This document shows, one piece after another, positions 50,601-59,625 of a DNA stretch of 64,000 bases. Every line of letters begins with the position of its first letter. Within the stretch, counting starts at the first letter, position 1. The translations under genes and the position numbers were made by a program. The notes beneath the pieces are model-generated. The model had not been told where the DNA came from and did no database searches. It was given only the letters and a program-made list of their open reading frames with translations. The stretch comes from a virus: IMG/VR virus record IMGVR_UViG_3300044846_003008; one strand, given 5' to 3'.

Positions 50601-51301
50601 TTATATGTGTAAAACACCAAATCTATTACGAAATTACTACTATACGAATCATATCGAGCATTGAATGATTTTAACATCAATTTATATTTGATTGCCTTAC
50701 CATAGTACCCTTTAACCGTTAATTCAAACATTGGATATGGCATATTGAAAAATGCCGCGTAAGGTGAACTATTTCCCGCCTCAAATAACGCACGTCCTTT
50801 AACGTCAATTAATTCAATATTAAACGTCGGCATAAAATCTAAACCTTGACGAATATTAATACGTGAAATACCTAATAAACCATTATCAGTCGCTTTTTCC
50901 GCACCATCTGAATGTATTGTTTGTCTAAGATAAAAGTCGTTATCCATATTTGGATTTTTAACTGACTTTTGATTTGGCTGATTAACCCCTTTACCCTGTA
51001 AAGTATTTTTACCCGTAATTTCGTCGGTATAACTATTATCCAAAAATTCTTTATCACCAGGTTTTAAGAAATTGATTGATGCGATTGATAAATTTTGTAT
51101 TCTATCATTTGCCGCAACACCCGCAGCCAATTTAGTTCGAGGTAAAACTTTACACTCCAAATTGGCATACATCACCAAATTCTCTTGGTTAACATATCGT
51201 TCTTTACCTTTACCATCTTCACCTAATACCTTATTAGGGTCAACTATGATTAAGTTATTGTAATCGAAATCTACTAATATATTTTCTGTTTTATCTACCA
51301 T
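44636..51301 (-). CDS. Giant baseplate hub protein (gp27/GpD-like domains)
   Basis: 2221 aa; SYTCTISMMGNALIQP..YFNL...GPYMITSVNHTI...FETIVEG is typical of hub C-terminal regions; follows the gp53-like gene. Confidence 0.65.
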   Translation of the reverse strand: MVDKTENILVDFDYNNLIIVDPNKVLGEDGKGKERYVNQENLVMYANLECKVLPRTKLAAGVAANDRIQNLSIASINFLKPGDKEFLDNSYTDEITGKNTLQGKGVNQPNQKSVKNPNMDNDFYLRQTIHSDGAEKATDNGLLGISRINIRQGLDFMPTFNIELIDVKGRALFEAGNSSPYAAFFNMPYPMFELTVKGYYGKAIKYKLMLKSFNARYDSYSSNFVIDLVFYTYKFSAIAEVSMGYLLAVPHMYTSRYSVKPTTGGPGNLTEVNDVIATKGYGKIKEVYTEYKTKGMIPDDFPELTIARMRNNLENFIKNILDSFTKQNMDPLTKVEEYQKKLNDYKSQIFLYDKVCWVDKYMDKVNFLIIDNPVSGNLNSLTNGTSTTIVKTATGQSNTLKIYTFKPEFTPNERNNAITELKKIVTECNKILSLNETLGVEGKYTIDGKTTNSSIPVNIKESIFEISFTEKQLNLKETYRQVKGSKTEPSNEELTKFQAELVAKKYLNDQTIVLKDGNPVPKFDWFYFQGKNSFNDKIEQIAADVSKWREKIQDDLTNALAKLLQSSDNGIGFVPNIRNVLAVIFANGEAFLRLMDDVHSTAWEERLNPLRKKPIFENTVSNANPDNLSSGVNNLLPVYPWPTYMITTSGEDGHEKFEHRYPGDNDVVGVTNGHLLNVWPEIEFVEEFMKGYTARASEPQLASPKFNEVTDVNRITLNAIEFPISNTVFQNKEEVKFFYELLERIIFLTNYSRLNRTNSFVSAADSTANLIAESEVINIKESLSNDNPFLIKKLKEYSLNSQNFIQVLEHMSNQGVGVSWQNYIRGIYNTPYIKQLSQSDNFLFIDEEVMENPLSKPMISLSKEDSFIDYLTGSTTSNSFDVLDTYPFIDTTWCKNNLSNGGSISLSRDAFNTTKTLSFDKQYKTITSFTINDSSYPITNFVHMGTITTPAPEDSATFKDFYSNRKPENQIITEGDLYYANYSGYVDSKQTISMLNTPYFVNSIQEGVLNFRNYDKTPYVSAAYLFLNSLPLATLRERNRKYDAGTTLDLDYIFAGLKKFGALHKLPYAWIVKLGSVWHRYKRYVNDGVDILDNAWKNFDYVTNFDPVTSAKTKNYTFSVNGGTIDIVLEKTSTFGTDTTTLINTGFYPKVINDFNVFYQGYNVFSGYTNGDIQNGVNDYGVSLQYVDSASITGVKTFDANNINRDLRINPWTVFVESDDGANIFPMPSMGVIKNQTQEECFQYGDLRVEVTGNTAMYNGSVRTFWAAPTYGYFDSGRVMKPSPTNYLKQILTGSTNQENFSIKGGLNSYSEISEIFSVFETDILDMFETKFLDFCKSQYDIDENVDYGMNFQKLMISMMSTPTQTGTTPTELVENIQLQQFDNINNTIKKFLDTNMYVKYGNPSNFDKRLFYTFSNYSLTDSYTWDKYVSTTPNALPSNGGSVTLAASKANYPNEWKVLETYVGYSDINQLMYSNNGSFITDFFLDFNVAFTDTNIKTFAPIIKIYASQKLSESLDNTALPPTTENKNSYAILQDGNKIEIFLGPGPKKTAILFAPDKNVVDSLPSSLEPDDLKLFDELIVVHYGPLGIQENPIVSKKIRSKKLITTPVSKSNFNEVNFKKLMDDYIQSSSKFQDRVLNNLMLRLQVILPDVNNTPQPIVDSVLNGSQGKLDYWDSFKSLNDKWIAGADLKTKTYFEDVLLLDRASRNIGDKILVDIYKLKSRLDTLFHEGTKVDMLSFVESILMENNFVVMNLPAYVNFYNVQDAVKNANPRPEGTTEFANTLFGTFMNVDTRDSSAKMVCTYAGKPSETVAIKNVDFKFRDDAFDIRKSSDNPLLENQIGKKDWDKSNKVVGFNVDIGPQNQSIFYGFNVSQQNGKATAESLEVENQMANQSSGKAAASQNISLYNLYKNRSYTCTISMMGNALIQPTMYFNLRHVPMFYGPYMITSVNHTIGPGTFETIVEGIRQPTASLPKIDNYIQSLKANLLASIVEKNKQKSDTDATKTLANSTGGTTQNQTSNAVASTSKDKTIEPSNSCSDLLFEKYKKYTPVDEPEETLITTKDLVTKIMSRMANANVPDDGKLKFVVFSSIMLNNIGRGFLNNLSGVDLSRDWGIIKSFEPVFYCMKSGGSTLLPYASFSSVDKNIDMLINRFKTRMSTVKPNSDGKIAPSIAEFWFVNRLPNSSDVEMANWMSMSQTDRDNIVSKVTDNIKLFNSVNI

Positions 51302-51614
51302 AATAAAAGAAATGTGTCTCTAATTGATTGTTATAATCCTGTAATGAAGCTACTAAAGGAAATGGAATTGTCAATATAGAACCATCACTTATGTTCCATT
51401 CTTGACCACCAAAATTAGGATTAGCGGACATAATTAACCAACCAAAATATGGAGTACCATAATATTGTTGTGACATTTTATCTAATCTTGATTGTCCAAC
51501 TTTGTAAATATACCTCTTGTCGGTACTTTTACTCGGTATATTAACATAAGGAACCACAGTTTGTTCCCCATCTATTATGAAGTTGTTATATCGGTTATAA
51601 TATTGTCTACCCAT
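51291..51614 (-). CDS. Baseplate wedge gp53 / LysM-like (gpX-like) protein
   Basis: RLDKMSQQYYG.PYFGWLIMSANP...LTIP. Confidence 0.8.
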   Translation of the reverse strand: MGRQYYNRYNNFIIDGEQTVVPYVNIPSKSTDKRYIYKVGQSRLDKMSQQYYGTPYFGWLIMSANPNFGGQEWNISDGSILTIPFPLVASLQDYNNQLETHFFYYGR

Positions 51615-51616
51615 AA

Positions 51617-54600
51617 TTAATTAAATTTAATTTTACCATCAAAGGTTTCTAATTTATTGGTTAAAGACGGGTCCCCTTTATATAAATTCGTTAAATCTGT
51701 TTTTTGTTGAGCCTCTTTAGCGGCATCAGGAACTGTAGTGAAATTAACAATCCTTGACTTACCTTTCGTATATAGTATCTCATCAATACCTTTAGTGTAT
51801 TTTTTAAACTCAGATGTGTTCTTAAACTTATCTAAAACTTTATCCTCAGCTTTTATTTCCTCTTTATATAAATCAACTAAATAATCCATAACATCATCAA
51901 ACACTTTAGCTAATTTTTTAGGTTTTTTAATCGTTGCGATATTTGGTGTGATAATTCTTTTTGTAAAGTCTTCGACTTTATTTTTATCAGTAAAAATTCT
52001 ACCAACTAAAATAAAGAAACGTGCGAATTCGGTAGGTTCACCTTTAAATGCGGTTTCTGAAAAGAAATCACCATCAGCAGGGTATGGTGGTGGTATTATC
52101 GCGTTTGTATCAGCTAATAAAGTATAATACTCATTCAACGCTAATTTAAGTTTACCATAATCATTGGCCATATCAGCAAATTCACCCCCACTAAGATTGT
52201 AAATTTTTAATTCACCATTATCTAATATTTTACCATCAGTTTTATTATTAACAAAATTCATTTTTCTGATGTCTTGAACATAGTCTTGTTGAGCGGTCCC
52301 AATTTTAGTATTAGTAATAGTACTAATGTCACTTGATATTGAACTTTTTAAACTATTAACGTATTTGATTAAATTATCTTTAATCACACTTAAAGTGGTA
52401 TTATCATTAAATCCTTCATCAACCAATAAAGTAATTATTGGATGAGTTCCCGATAGTATATCATTTAAAACCAATTCAAATAAACCATTTAAATCATCTT
52501 GGAAATCAGGTTTACCAAAGATTTTAACATCACCACCATTACCATCTTCAATAACCGTCCCACCTGAGAAATTTCGTTTGTTACTCACTAATTGTAACAT
52601 ACCATAGTTAGTTTGTTTTTGAATTTCTTCAATTGAATTAAAGATATTGGTAAAATACGTTTTACTATCTTCCAACACTTTATCCATAATTTTCATATAA
52701 CTCATTTCACCTGTTTCACCACTCGGTGTTAAAGGGATTGTGTTTTTAATTTCACCAATCGTATTTCCAGCGTCATTACTTTGTTGTGCCGCCGCAGTAT
52801 TGTTAACTGTTACAGGTGGTTGTTGGGCAATAATCGCATCTACAACCATTTTATCTAACGCTGAAGTATCTTCAGTCCAAGTCGCTCTTTCATCATATAT
52901 CTCAGTATTACCATAGTAATTAAATGATAACGCATTTTGTAATTGTTCAACAGGTTTTGCTAACCCCATACCACCAATCATCTTAAATGATAAACTAACT
53001 TTAGCAATCATAGGTTGAACACCAATACCTTCAGGGTTCATATCATAGATTAACGGGTCATAAGTTATAGATAATGTCTCAGGGATAATTTTAGTGTGGT
53101 AGAAGTCACCAATACGTAATACCAATACGGGTGGTGCACCAAACGAAGTATTAACCGCGTCTGAAACTTTAGGTTTACCGTCACTACCGATAATAGGAAT
53201 AGTTTCCCCCGGTCTAACACATTGATTTAAGAAAGTTAATCGAGAATTTAAACCTTCAGGTGTTGTTGAGTGAAAAGCCGGATTAAAATATTTAATCTTT
53301 TCCTTAATCGAATCATATAACATCGGAACATTCTCTTTGATAACATCAAAATAATCACATTCTGATAATAAGTTTCTTAATATTTTTTTAGATATACCTT
53401 CTTTAATTTTTTGCTCAATTGATTTTTGAGGTTCAGGTCTTTTAATTGGTAATGTTTCGGTATTTCCATTTGTGTTAGTAACCACAACATCAGGTTTAAG
53501 TGTTGTTGTCGTCGTAACAGGAGCCGGTGTCACCGTTATACTTTTTACTTTAACTCTACGACAAGCCATTGCGTTAGTCGCAAAAACTTGTGAAATTGCA
53601 GTCACTTTACCATTTTTATCTTTAATATCAACAGTACAATTAACATCAGTTCCATTACCTGAATCAACAGTCGTTCCTGTAGTTCCATTAGCACCTGTTT
53701 CCACACTTGTTTTTGGAATTACGGTTTGTTCACCCGAACCTTTAGATAATTCAATCTTAATAGTTCCTTTAGTGAAAAACTCATCCAATTTTTTATCACC
53801 AATGTTTTTACTCTTCAAAAATTTAGTAACAATATCAAGTCGTCTTTCAGATAACGCTTTGTTATACGGAACCGTTGCCGTAGCCGACGCAGAACCTTCC
53901 ATTACTATTTTAATAGTTCCAAGTCCTTTAGATAATATGTCGTAAGCGTCTGTAATGAAGTTCTTATCCCCACCAGCAAATAAGTTATAATTACTTTTTA
54001 TAACCGTATCAAAAAATGGTTTAACATTTCGGTTCACATCACCGGCATTAAACGCCGATTCCGAATTTTTAACATATTTTTCAATATTAGTATCAGAAGT
54101 ATATGAATCATAAGTTGACTGATACTCTTCAGTAGTTGTTGTATTTGGGTTTTTACCCGGAATGTCATTTTCAAAATAAAACGCAAAATCCAAGTATTTG
54201 TTTTCAAAATCTTGTATTGATGAATCAGGAACAACTGTTTGGTCGGTATTTGATGCCGCAACATCAGCACTTCCTGTTCCTGCGTTATTTGAATTGTCTT
54301 TAGGGATTTGTTTATTAATCTCACCAATAATTTCTTTATCCGTTAATTGCGGATTACTTAAAATTTCTTGATAAGTATACAAATCCTTAGTTGGGATAGT
54401 ATTGAATTTAATAGCTAATTTGTAGATATCGAATTTAACACATCCCGCGAAAAATGAATCAATAATTGAATCAATACGTTCTTTTGCTTGTCCTTTCAAT
54501 TGTTTCTCAACCACCGTATTCATAACTGACGGGTGGTCAACAATAATTTTCCAAGACAACGAACCCGTTCTACTTGTTTCTTTATATGTATAAATTGGTT

Positions 54601-56653
54601 CAGGACGACCCAAGAAACTTTGTGAGTTCCAAGACGCACTACTTGAATCCGAAAATTGTAAATCATAAGGTGGGAACCACATAACTCTACCCCCATTTGG
54701 ACCTTTCTCACAAACAGGTAGTTCATCATAAGTGTAACCCGGTCTACTTGATGTTCTCCAAGCCAAGTTCTCAATCGAGAACATATATTTTTTAGCGTAA
54801 CCACCACGACCATTAGCATCGTCTGCAATAATATTAGTTGACCCAGGATTTCTAAGTGGAGCGATATTTAAATTGAACGTGTTATCTAACACTGAGTTTG
54901 TAAATCTTCTACCTGACGTTGTAATACCATCAGTCTTTTGTAAATCAGCATAAGTGTAATATGGAGTATCCTTTGTAAATACACGACAATACTCAATACC
55001 TTTTTCCCCACCTGTAGTATCATCTTTATACGATACCACTTGTGAACCTTTTGTCATTTCTTTATAACCATCGTGAAAAACTTTACTCACTTGGTTCATT
55101 GCATTACCGACGTGTTTTAATCGACTAATACCCGTAACATTATCCGCAGAATCAATAATTCTTTGAGTGTTATCTAATATAGAGTTTTCTTTAAAATCAA
55201 CATTAGTTGATTCTGATTTATTATATTGACTACTTATTTGATTAAATTCTTCATCTTTACTACCTGAACCACCACCCGGTGTTGCTTTAAAACCAGCGTT
55301 AGGTTTGTATTTTGGTGAAGTCCAAACTAAACCACCATCAATACCACCACCATTACTTAATGATTTACCCGCTAAACCAAAGTTTAATCGACCATCATTA
55401 CCTTCAAATAAAATACCCATTTCAGACGGACCATAAACAGGTGTTTGAACTTGTTCTCCGTAAGGATTTACAGGTATCTGATTTGGGGGTGAAGTAATCG
55501 AACTTGGCTCCGCATTCACACTACCAACGTAGTAACCACCGGCTAAAGTCCCATTTGGATTTATCAAACTAAGAGCTAAATTAGCAATCGCTTGACCAAT
55601 CCCCAATATACCACCAAAATCTTTTTTATAACCCGGTTGATATCTATTATAATCTAAGTTGTTGAATAACGCAGACCTTTGACCATTACCCGTGTTCGCT
55701 AAAAATATTTGTGACGGATTTCTTTTAATATTTAATATTGGACCTAAGAAACCTCCCGTTAATTGATTAACAACATTTAACGCATTTGACGTTTGTTGTG
55801 TTTGTAGACCACCCTTAGTATTTTCATCGAAATAATCTCCAGGGATAAATGATACAGGCCAATAAGCACCCGATATTCTTGTTGCGAAATCAAACGCCGC
55901 AGTTACAGGTGATTCGGGAACCGTAATCCTCCAATTACGATAAATAAGAGGTTCTTTTCCCGCTGCCAATAAACTAGCTTCAAACGGGTCAGATAGTGAC
56001 TCTAAATTAACCTTACCAACCGTATTTTGTAATATCTCTAAATTAATCCTTTCTTGAAATAAAAAGTTCAATTGTTTCGCACCTAATTTAGCTATGAATG
56101 AATCTTGAGATAATGACCCATCACTACCTGTCGGGTTATTCGATAATAAGATTTCATAAGGTGAATATATCGAAGGAACAAATGTGGTTAACCCATAAGG
56201 TAGAAAATAATTAGGAGTACTAATCGGATTTTCAATTACGTTATAAACATAGTTATAACCCCCACTTGGTATGAATAGGTTTTTTACCCCCGGTGACGTT
56301 GGAGATAAATTTAGGTATAAATTATTACTTAGTAGTAATACACTTTGATTTGGGGAATAAGGTCCCTGATTAGGTATTACAGGTAATAACGGACCATTGT
56401 AAGTTATATTAAGATTAAAACCCCCATCTGGCCCATAGGCATTTAAAGGATATAATTGTTGTACGAACGGTCCATTAGATATCAAACCATCAGGTGAATC
56501 TACCACGGGGGATTGACTTAAAACTACCTCATAGTTTAATGGACCTGACGGTGGGGTATAAACACCTGTAACCGTATACGTTGATAAGTTTTTGGCCATC
56601 AACGCGTCTCTAAACGATGAGGTTGACGCAAATGATAAAGTACTATTCGGCAT
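51617..56653 (-). CDS. Tail tube initiator/baseplate protein with an inserted OmpA-like domain
   Basis: WFPPYDLQFSDS...FLGRPEPIYTY...R..SLSW and PPVLVLRIGDFY (tube-initiator-like); FYFEND...GSAS...YNKALSERR (OmpA C-like). Confidence 0.65.
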   Translation of the reverse strand: MPNSTLSFASTSSFRDALMAKNLSTYTVTGVYTPPSGPLNYEVVLSQSPVVDSPDGLISNGPFVQQLYPLNAYGPDGGFNLNITYNGPLLPVIPNQGPYSPNQSVLLLSNNLYLNLSPTSPGVKNLFIPSGGYNYVYNVIENPISTPNYFLPYGLTTFVPSIYSPYEILLSNNPTGSDGSLSQDSFIAKLGAKQLNFLFQERINLEILQNTVGKVNLESLSDPFEASLLAAGKEPLIYRNWRITVPESPVTAAFDFATRISGAYWPVSFIPGDYFDENTKGGLQTQQTSNALNVVNQLTGGFLGPILNIKRNPSQIFLANTGNGQRSALFNNLDYNRYQPGYKKDFGGILGIGQAIANLALSLINPNGTLAGGYYVGSVNAEPSSITSPPNQIPVNPYGEQVQTPVYGPSEMGILFEGNDGRLNFGLAGKSLSNGGGIDGGLVWTSPKYKPNAGFKATPGGGSGSKDEEFNQISSQYNKSESTNVDFKENSILDNTQRIIDSADNVTGISRLKHVGNAMNQVSKVFHDGYKEMTKGSQVVSYKDDTTGGEKGIEYCRVFTKDTPYYTYADLQKTDGITTSGRRFTNSVLDNTFNLNIAPLRNPGSTNIIADDANGRGGYAKKYMFSIENLAWRTSSRPGYTYDELPVCEKGPNGGRVMWFPPYDLQFSDSSSASWNSQSFLGRPEPIYTYKETSRTGSLSWKIIVDHPSVMNTVVEKQLKGQAKERIDSIIDSFFAGCVKFDIYKLAIKFNTIPTKDLYTYQEILSNPQLTDKEIIGEINKQIPKDNSNNAGTGSADVAASNTDQTVVPDSSIQDFENKYLDFAFYFENDIPGKNPNTTTTEEYQSTYDSYTSDTNIEKYVKNSESAFNAGDVNRNVKPFFDTVIKSNYNLFAGGDKNFITDAYDILSKGLGTIKIVMEGSASATATVPYNKALSERRLDIVTKFLKSKNIGDKKLDEFFTKGTIKIELSKGSGEQTVIPKTSVETGANGTTGTTVDSGNGTDVNCTVDIKDKNGKVTAISQVFATNAMACRRVKVKSITVTPAPVTTTTTLKPDVVVTNTNGNTETLPIKRPEPQKSIEQKIKEGISKKILRNLLSECDYFDVIKENVPMLYDSIKEKIKYFNPAFHSTTPEGLNSRLTFLNQCVRPGETIPIIGSDGKPKVSDAVNTSFGAPPVLVLRIGDFYHTKIIPETLSITYDPLIYDMNPEGIGVQPMIAKVSLSFKMIGGMGLAKPVEQLQNALSFNYYGNTEIYDERATWTEDTSALDKMVVDAIIAQQPPVTVNNTAAAQQSNDAGNTIGEIKNTIPLTPSGETGEMSYMKIMDKVLEDSKTYFTNIFNSIEEIQKQTNYGMLQLVSNKRNFSGGTVIEDGNGGDVKIFGKPDFQDDLNGLFELVLNDILSGTHPIITLLVDEGFNDNTTLSVIKDNLIKYVNSLKSSISSDISTITNTKIGTAQQDYVQDIRKMNFVNNKTDGKILDNGELKIYNLSGGEFADMANDYGKLKLALNEYYTLLADTNAIIPPPYPADGDFFSETAFKGEPTEFARFFILVGRIFTDKNKVEDFTKRIITPNIATIKKPKKLAKVFDDVMDYLVDLYKEEIKAEDKVLDKFKNTSEFKKYTKGIDEILYTKGKSRIVNFTTVPDAAKEAQQKTDLTNLYKGDPSLTNKLETFDGKIKFN

Positions 56654-56693
56654 TGTTTGTTATTTTATATATAAATAGAATACTACTCAATTT

Positions 56694-58577
56694 TTATGCT
56701 TTAGAAGGAACTTTAGTTTGGTTATTTAATGACGGAGTATCTTTAATCATTTTTAAAAGAGATTCTTTAAATTCAGGACTTCTCATTAAATCATCAAACG
56801 CCCTTTGGTCCATACCGGTAGGTATTTTAACATTAATATCCATATCCAATTTCCCTGAGTGGAACGTTTCTCCTTTAGCGTTAGCATTTTCAGGTTTTTG
56901 ATAATCAATAATTTCTTTATATTTTCCCGAATAATTTTTTAATTCAGTATTGATTGGTGCGGCCATTGGTTTGGTATCAACACTTTTAGGTTTACTATCG
57001 GTTCCTATATGTTCAGCTTTAGCTACCGTCCCTATAAGTCCTTCAGTTGCATAAGCCCCTATTTGGTCATATTTATTTTCACTTTCTTTTAACTTAATAC
57101 CTTCGGCATTTAAATTAGCCGTCACGGCTTTAATTGTCTTTTCAAATGTAATTGCACTATCACTAAGTATTTTACCCGCAACACCGGCAACTTCAGTAAA
57201 TGAACCTTCACCTTTAGCGAATTTTAATAAGGAATCACCAACCGCGGTTAAATCTTCATCAAGACCTTTCCTCATTTTACCAATATCCATTTCTTTATTA
57301 AATGAATCAGTAATGGCTTTAACATAGTTCCCACTCGAAACTAACATTTGTTCACCTTGTTTAGTTCCCGCAAATGCTCGACCCGTTTTACCTTTTAACG
57401 ACTCAGTATTTGCCGCAATTTTTTCAGAAACTGTTAATTGTTCTTGTAATAATTCCTCATTAGATTTCGGAGTATTATCTTTAATGATTTTATTTAATTT
57501 TTCAGGGTCATTTGCATATTTCGCTAACGCCTCATTCATATCAACCATTTGTCCATCAACGTTAATTTTGATTTCACCATCTTTCATTGATGAAACATTC
57601 GCTAATAATTTTTTCTGGTCTTCATTAATAAAATCAGGGAATTTGATTTTACTCATTTTAATATCCATTTCAGCTGCTGCCTTAGACATTTTAGCGAATT
57701 CCGCTTGAGGCATACCCGCGGCATCAGCCAATTCTTTCATCCTACGAATACTTCCAGGTGCTATTTTAACGTTACCTTTCTCATCTAATTCAGTTAAACT
57801 CGCACCCATTTTTGCGATAGACTGTTGGAAAGCTTCAGGGTCATTTTGTGACATATTCATCAACCTCATCGGGTCTAATAATTCACTTTGAGAAACACCT
57901 AATCTTTGGAACGCCGCCGCCATTTCAATAGCACCTTCAGGATTAAATGCCTTATCAACCGACGCTAAAATAGTACTCATATTAACACGTAATCCCGCCG
58001 ACGTTGCGGCCATTCTCGCTAAACCTTCAACACCACCCGAAAAATTGTGAGTGTCTAACGCCTCCATATTACCTAAAACCGCCGACGAAACCGCTTGAGC
58101 ACTAACACCCAAAGACCTCGCGGTGTCCATTACTTTTTTAGTTTCTTCACCGATATTGTGCATATTATAACCGGCATCAATAAACTTTTTAGTTAAAACA
58201 TCAGCTTCTTGTCCTGATACTTTAGCCGCCGCATAAATGTCGGTAAACACTTCCTTAGTTGCAATAACATTAGTACCTAAAGCACCAATTAAACCTTTTT
58301 GTATTGTTTCAATGTCAGACATTTTACCCCCTAACTTTGCAACGTCAGAATACGCATCCCCTAACGACGCTTTAATCGCCACCGCCGATTCACGGCCAAG
58401 ACCCATATTTTTGGAAAGATTCGAATAAACCTGGTCCATTTCATCAACGACTTTAGCAATCTCAGAAGCACTTGTATTACTTTTAATAATACTTTTGATT
58501 TCCGCTAAAATAGCATCAACACCACTAACCGCACTTTTTGATTTTTCTTCGTCATCACCAGCAAATAAATAACCCAT
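56694..58577 (-). CDS. Tape measure protein
   Basis: Ala/Lys/Met-rich helical composition; located after tube and chaperone genes. Confidence 0.75.
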   Translation of the reverse strand: MGYLFAGDDEEKSKSAVSGVDAILAEIKSIIKSNTSASEIAKVVDEMDQVYSNLSKNMGLGRESAVAIKASLGDAYSDVAKLGGKMSDIETIQKGLIGALGTNVIATKEVFTDIYAAAKVSGQEADVLTKKFIDAGYNMHNIGEETKKVMDTARSLGVSAQAVSSAVLGNMEALDTHNFSGGVEGLARMAATSAGLRVNMSTILASVDKAFNPEGAIEMAAAFQRLGVSQSELLDPMRLMNMSQNDPEAFQQSIAKMGASLTELDEKGNVKIAPGSIRRMKELADAAGMPQAEFAKMSKAAAEMDIKMSKIKFPDFINEDQKKLLANVSSMKDGEIKINVDGQMVDMNEALAKYANDPEKLNKIIKDNTPKSNEELLQEQLTVSEKIAANTESLKGKTGRAFAGTKQGEQMLVSSGNYVKAITDSFNKEMDIGKMRKGLDEDLTAVGDSLLKFAKGEGSFTEVAGVAGKILSDSAITFEKTIKAVTANLNAEGIKLKESENKYDQIGAYATEGLIGTVAKAEHIGTDSKPKSVDTKPMAAPINTELKNYSGKYKEIIDYQKPENANAKGETFHSGKLDMDINVKIPTGMDQRAFDDLMRSPEFKESLLKMIKDTPSLNNQTKVPSKA

Positions 58578-58602
58578 ATTTTTGTGTATTTCTTATAATA
58601 TA

Positions 58603-58636
58603 AATACACCAAAGGTTAATTTTCCTTTGGTGTATT
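58603..58636 (-). terminator. Perfect 13-bp hairpin at the end of the chaperone extension
   Basis: AATACACCAAAGG-N8-CCTTTGGTGTATT. Confidence 0.55.
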
Positions 58637-58777
58637 ATCTTCAATAATTTTATCAATTAAATATTTTCGTATATATGTGGGTATTTTTAAATACTCACTA
58701 TATTGGGTTCTCAAAAATCGACTTAAAACATAAAACTCATCAATTAATTGTTTGCTATATTCAGAAGAAAGGACGAA
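58616..58777 (-). CDS. Frameshift-accessed C-terminal extension of the tail chaperone (gp51/gpGT-like)
   Basis: ATG-less 53-codon ORF FVLSSEYSKQLIDEFYVLSRFLRTQYSEYLKIPTYIRKYLIDKIIEDNTPKEN in the +1 frame, overlapping the chaperone end at TTT TTT CGT. Confidence 0.65.
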   Translation of the reverse strand, partial: FVLSSEYSKQLIDEFYVLSRFLRTQYSEYLKIPTYIRKYLIDKIIEDNTPKEN

Positions 58778-59513
58778 AAAACTCCACCCCAAAGGATACG
58801 TTAAACGTAACCAATTCTCCTGACGGGGCGTAAACTTGTCTATTTAAATCTAGTGAAGGTTGGTTATCTCTCAAATATTTTCTAATGTATTTAGAATCCA
58901 TTATAGGTAACGTACTAACAAATTGAGCAATAGCTGCAGGGTCATTACTACCATCAACTTCAACAATTTGTTTATTTAATCTCCAAGTTACTGTTGGTGC
59001 GGTCCTCCCTTTAGGATATTGTTCCGACATAACATCAATTTCAATCCCTTCATAAAAAGTCAATGGTTTTAATTTGACAGTTGAACCTGTTTTAGGTAAT
59101 TTTGTCGTAAAGATACCGTTTTCATTAGGTTCTTCTTGAGTTACTTTAATACTTAACGAGTCCAAAATTTCGGTATGTTCAAAAATTTTACCCGATTTAG
59201 GGTCAGTTAAATTAAGTGTATATTCAGGACCAAATGATGTATTTCTCAAAAAGATTAAAATCGCTTCAACATCACCATCAGTCATTTCTTCCGGTCTTAA
59301 ATCGTGTTCATAAACTTTATTTCTTAATAAAGTCATCACAATATGTTCTTTTGAATCATTATTTAATAAATAATTCTCATCTTCAGCAGTTAAATAACCT
59401 ACTTTAACCGAAGTTTTTTTTGATTTGTAGAAAATCCCCTTTGAAGGTAATTTTACCACGTCGTGAGGTAGATTAAAACCCTCCGTCGCAGCTTTTAATA
59501 AGTCAGCATCCAT
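58761..59513 (-). CDS. Tail assembly chaperone / T4 gp26-like hub assembly protein (start MDADLL at 59513)
   Basis: VKLPSKG.FY, YLTAEDE, GDVEAILIFLRNTSFG and C-terminal GVEFFRP; lies between tube and tape measure. Confidence 0.8.
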   Translation of the reverse strand: MDADLLKAATEGFNLPHDVVKLPSKGIFYKSKKTSVKVGYLTAEDENYLLNNDSKEHIVMTLLRNKVYEHDLRPEEMTDGDVEAILIFLRNTSFGPEYTLNLTDPKSGKIFEHTEILDSLSIKVTQEEPNENGIFTTKLPKTGSTVKLKPLTFYEGIEIDVMSEQYPKGRTAPTVTWRLNKQIVEVDGSNDPAAIAQFVSTLPIMDSKYIRKYLRDNQPSLDLNRQVYAPSGELVTFNVSFGVEFFRPFF

Positions 59514-59571
59514 ATTTACTTGTTTTTTAAAAAAATATAGTTTACATTTGTTTTTACTAAATATATAAAAC

Positions 59572-59600
59572 AAAAAAATCCACATACGTTAATATGTGGA
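59572..59600 (-). terminator. Intrinsic terminator after the tail tube gene
   Basis: TCCACATA/TATGTGGA stem plus U-tract. Confidence 0.7.
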
Positions 59601-59625
59601 CTATAAAAATTATATTTAAAATTTT

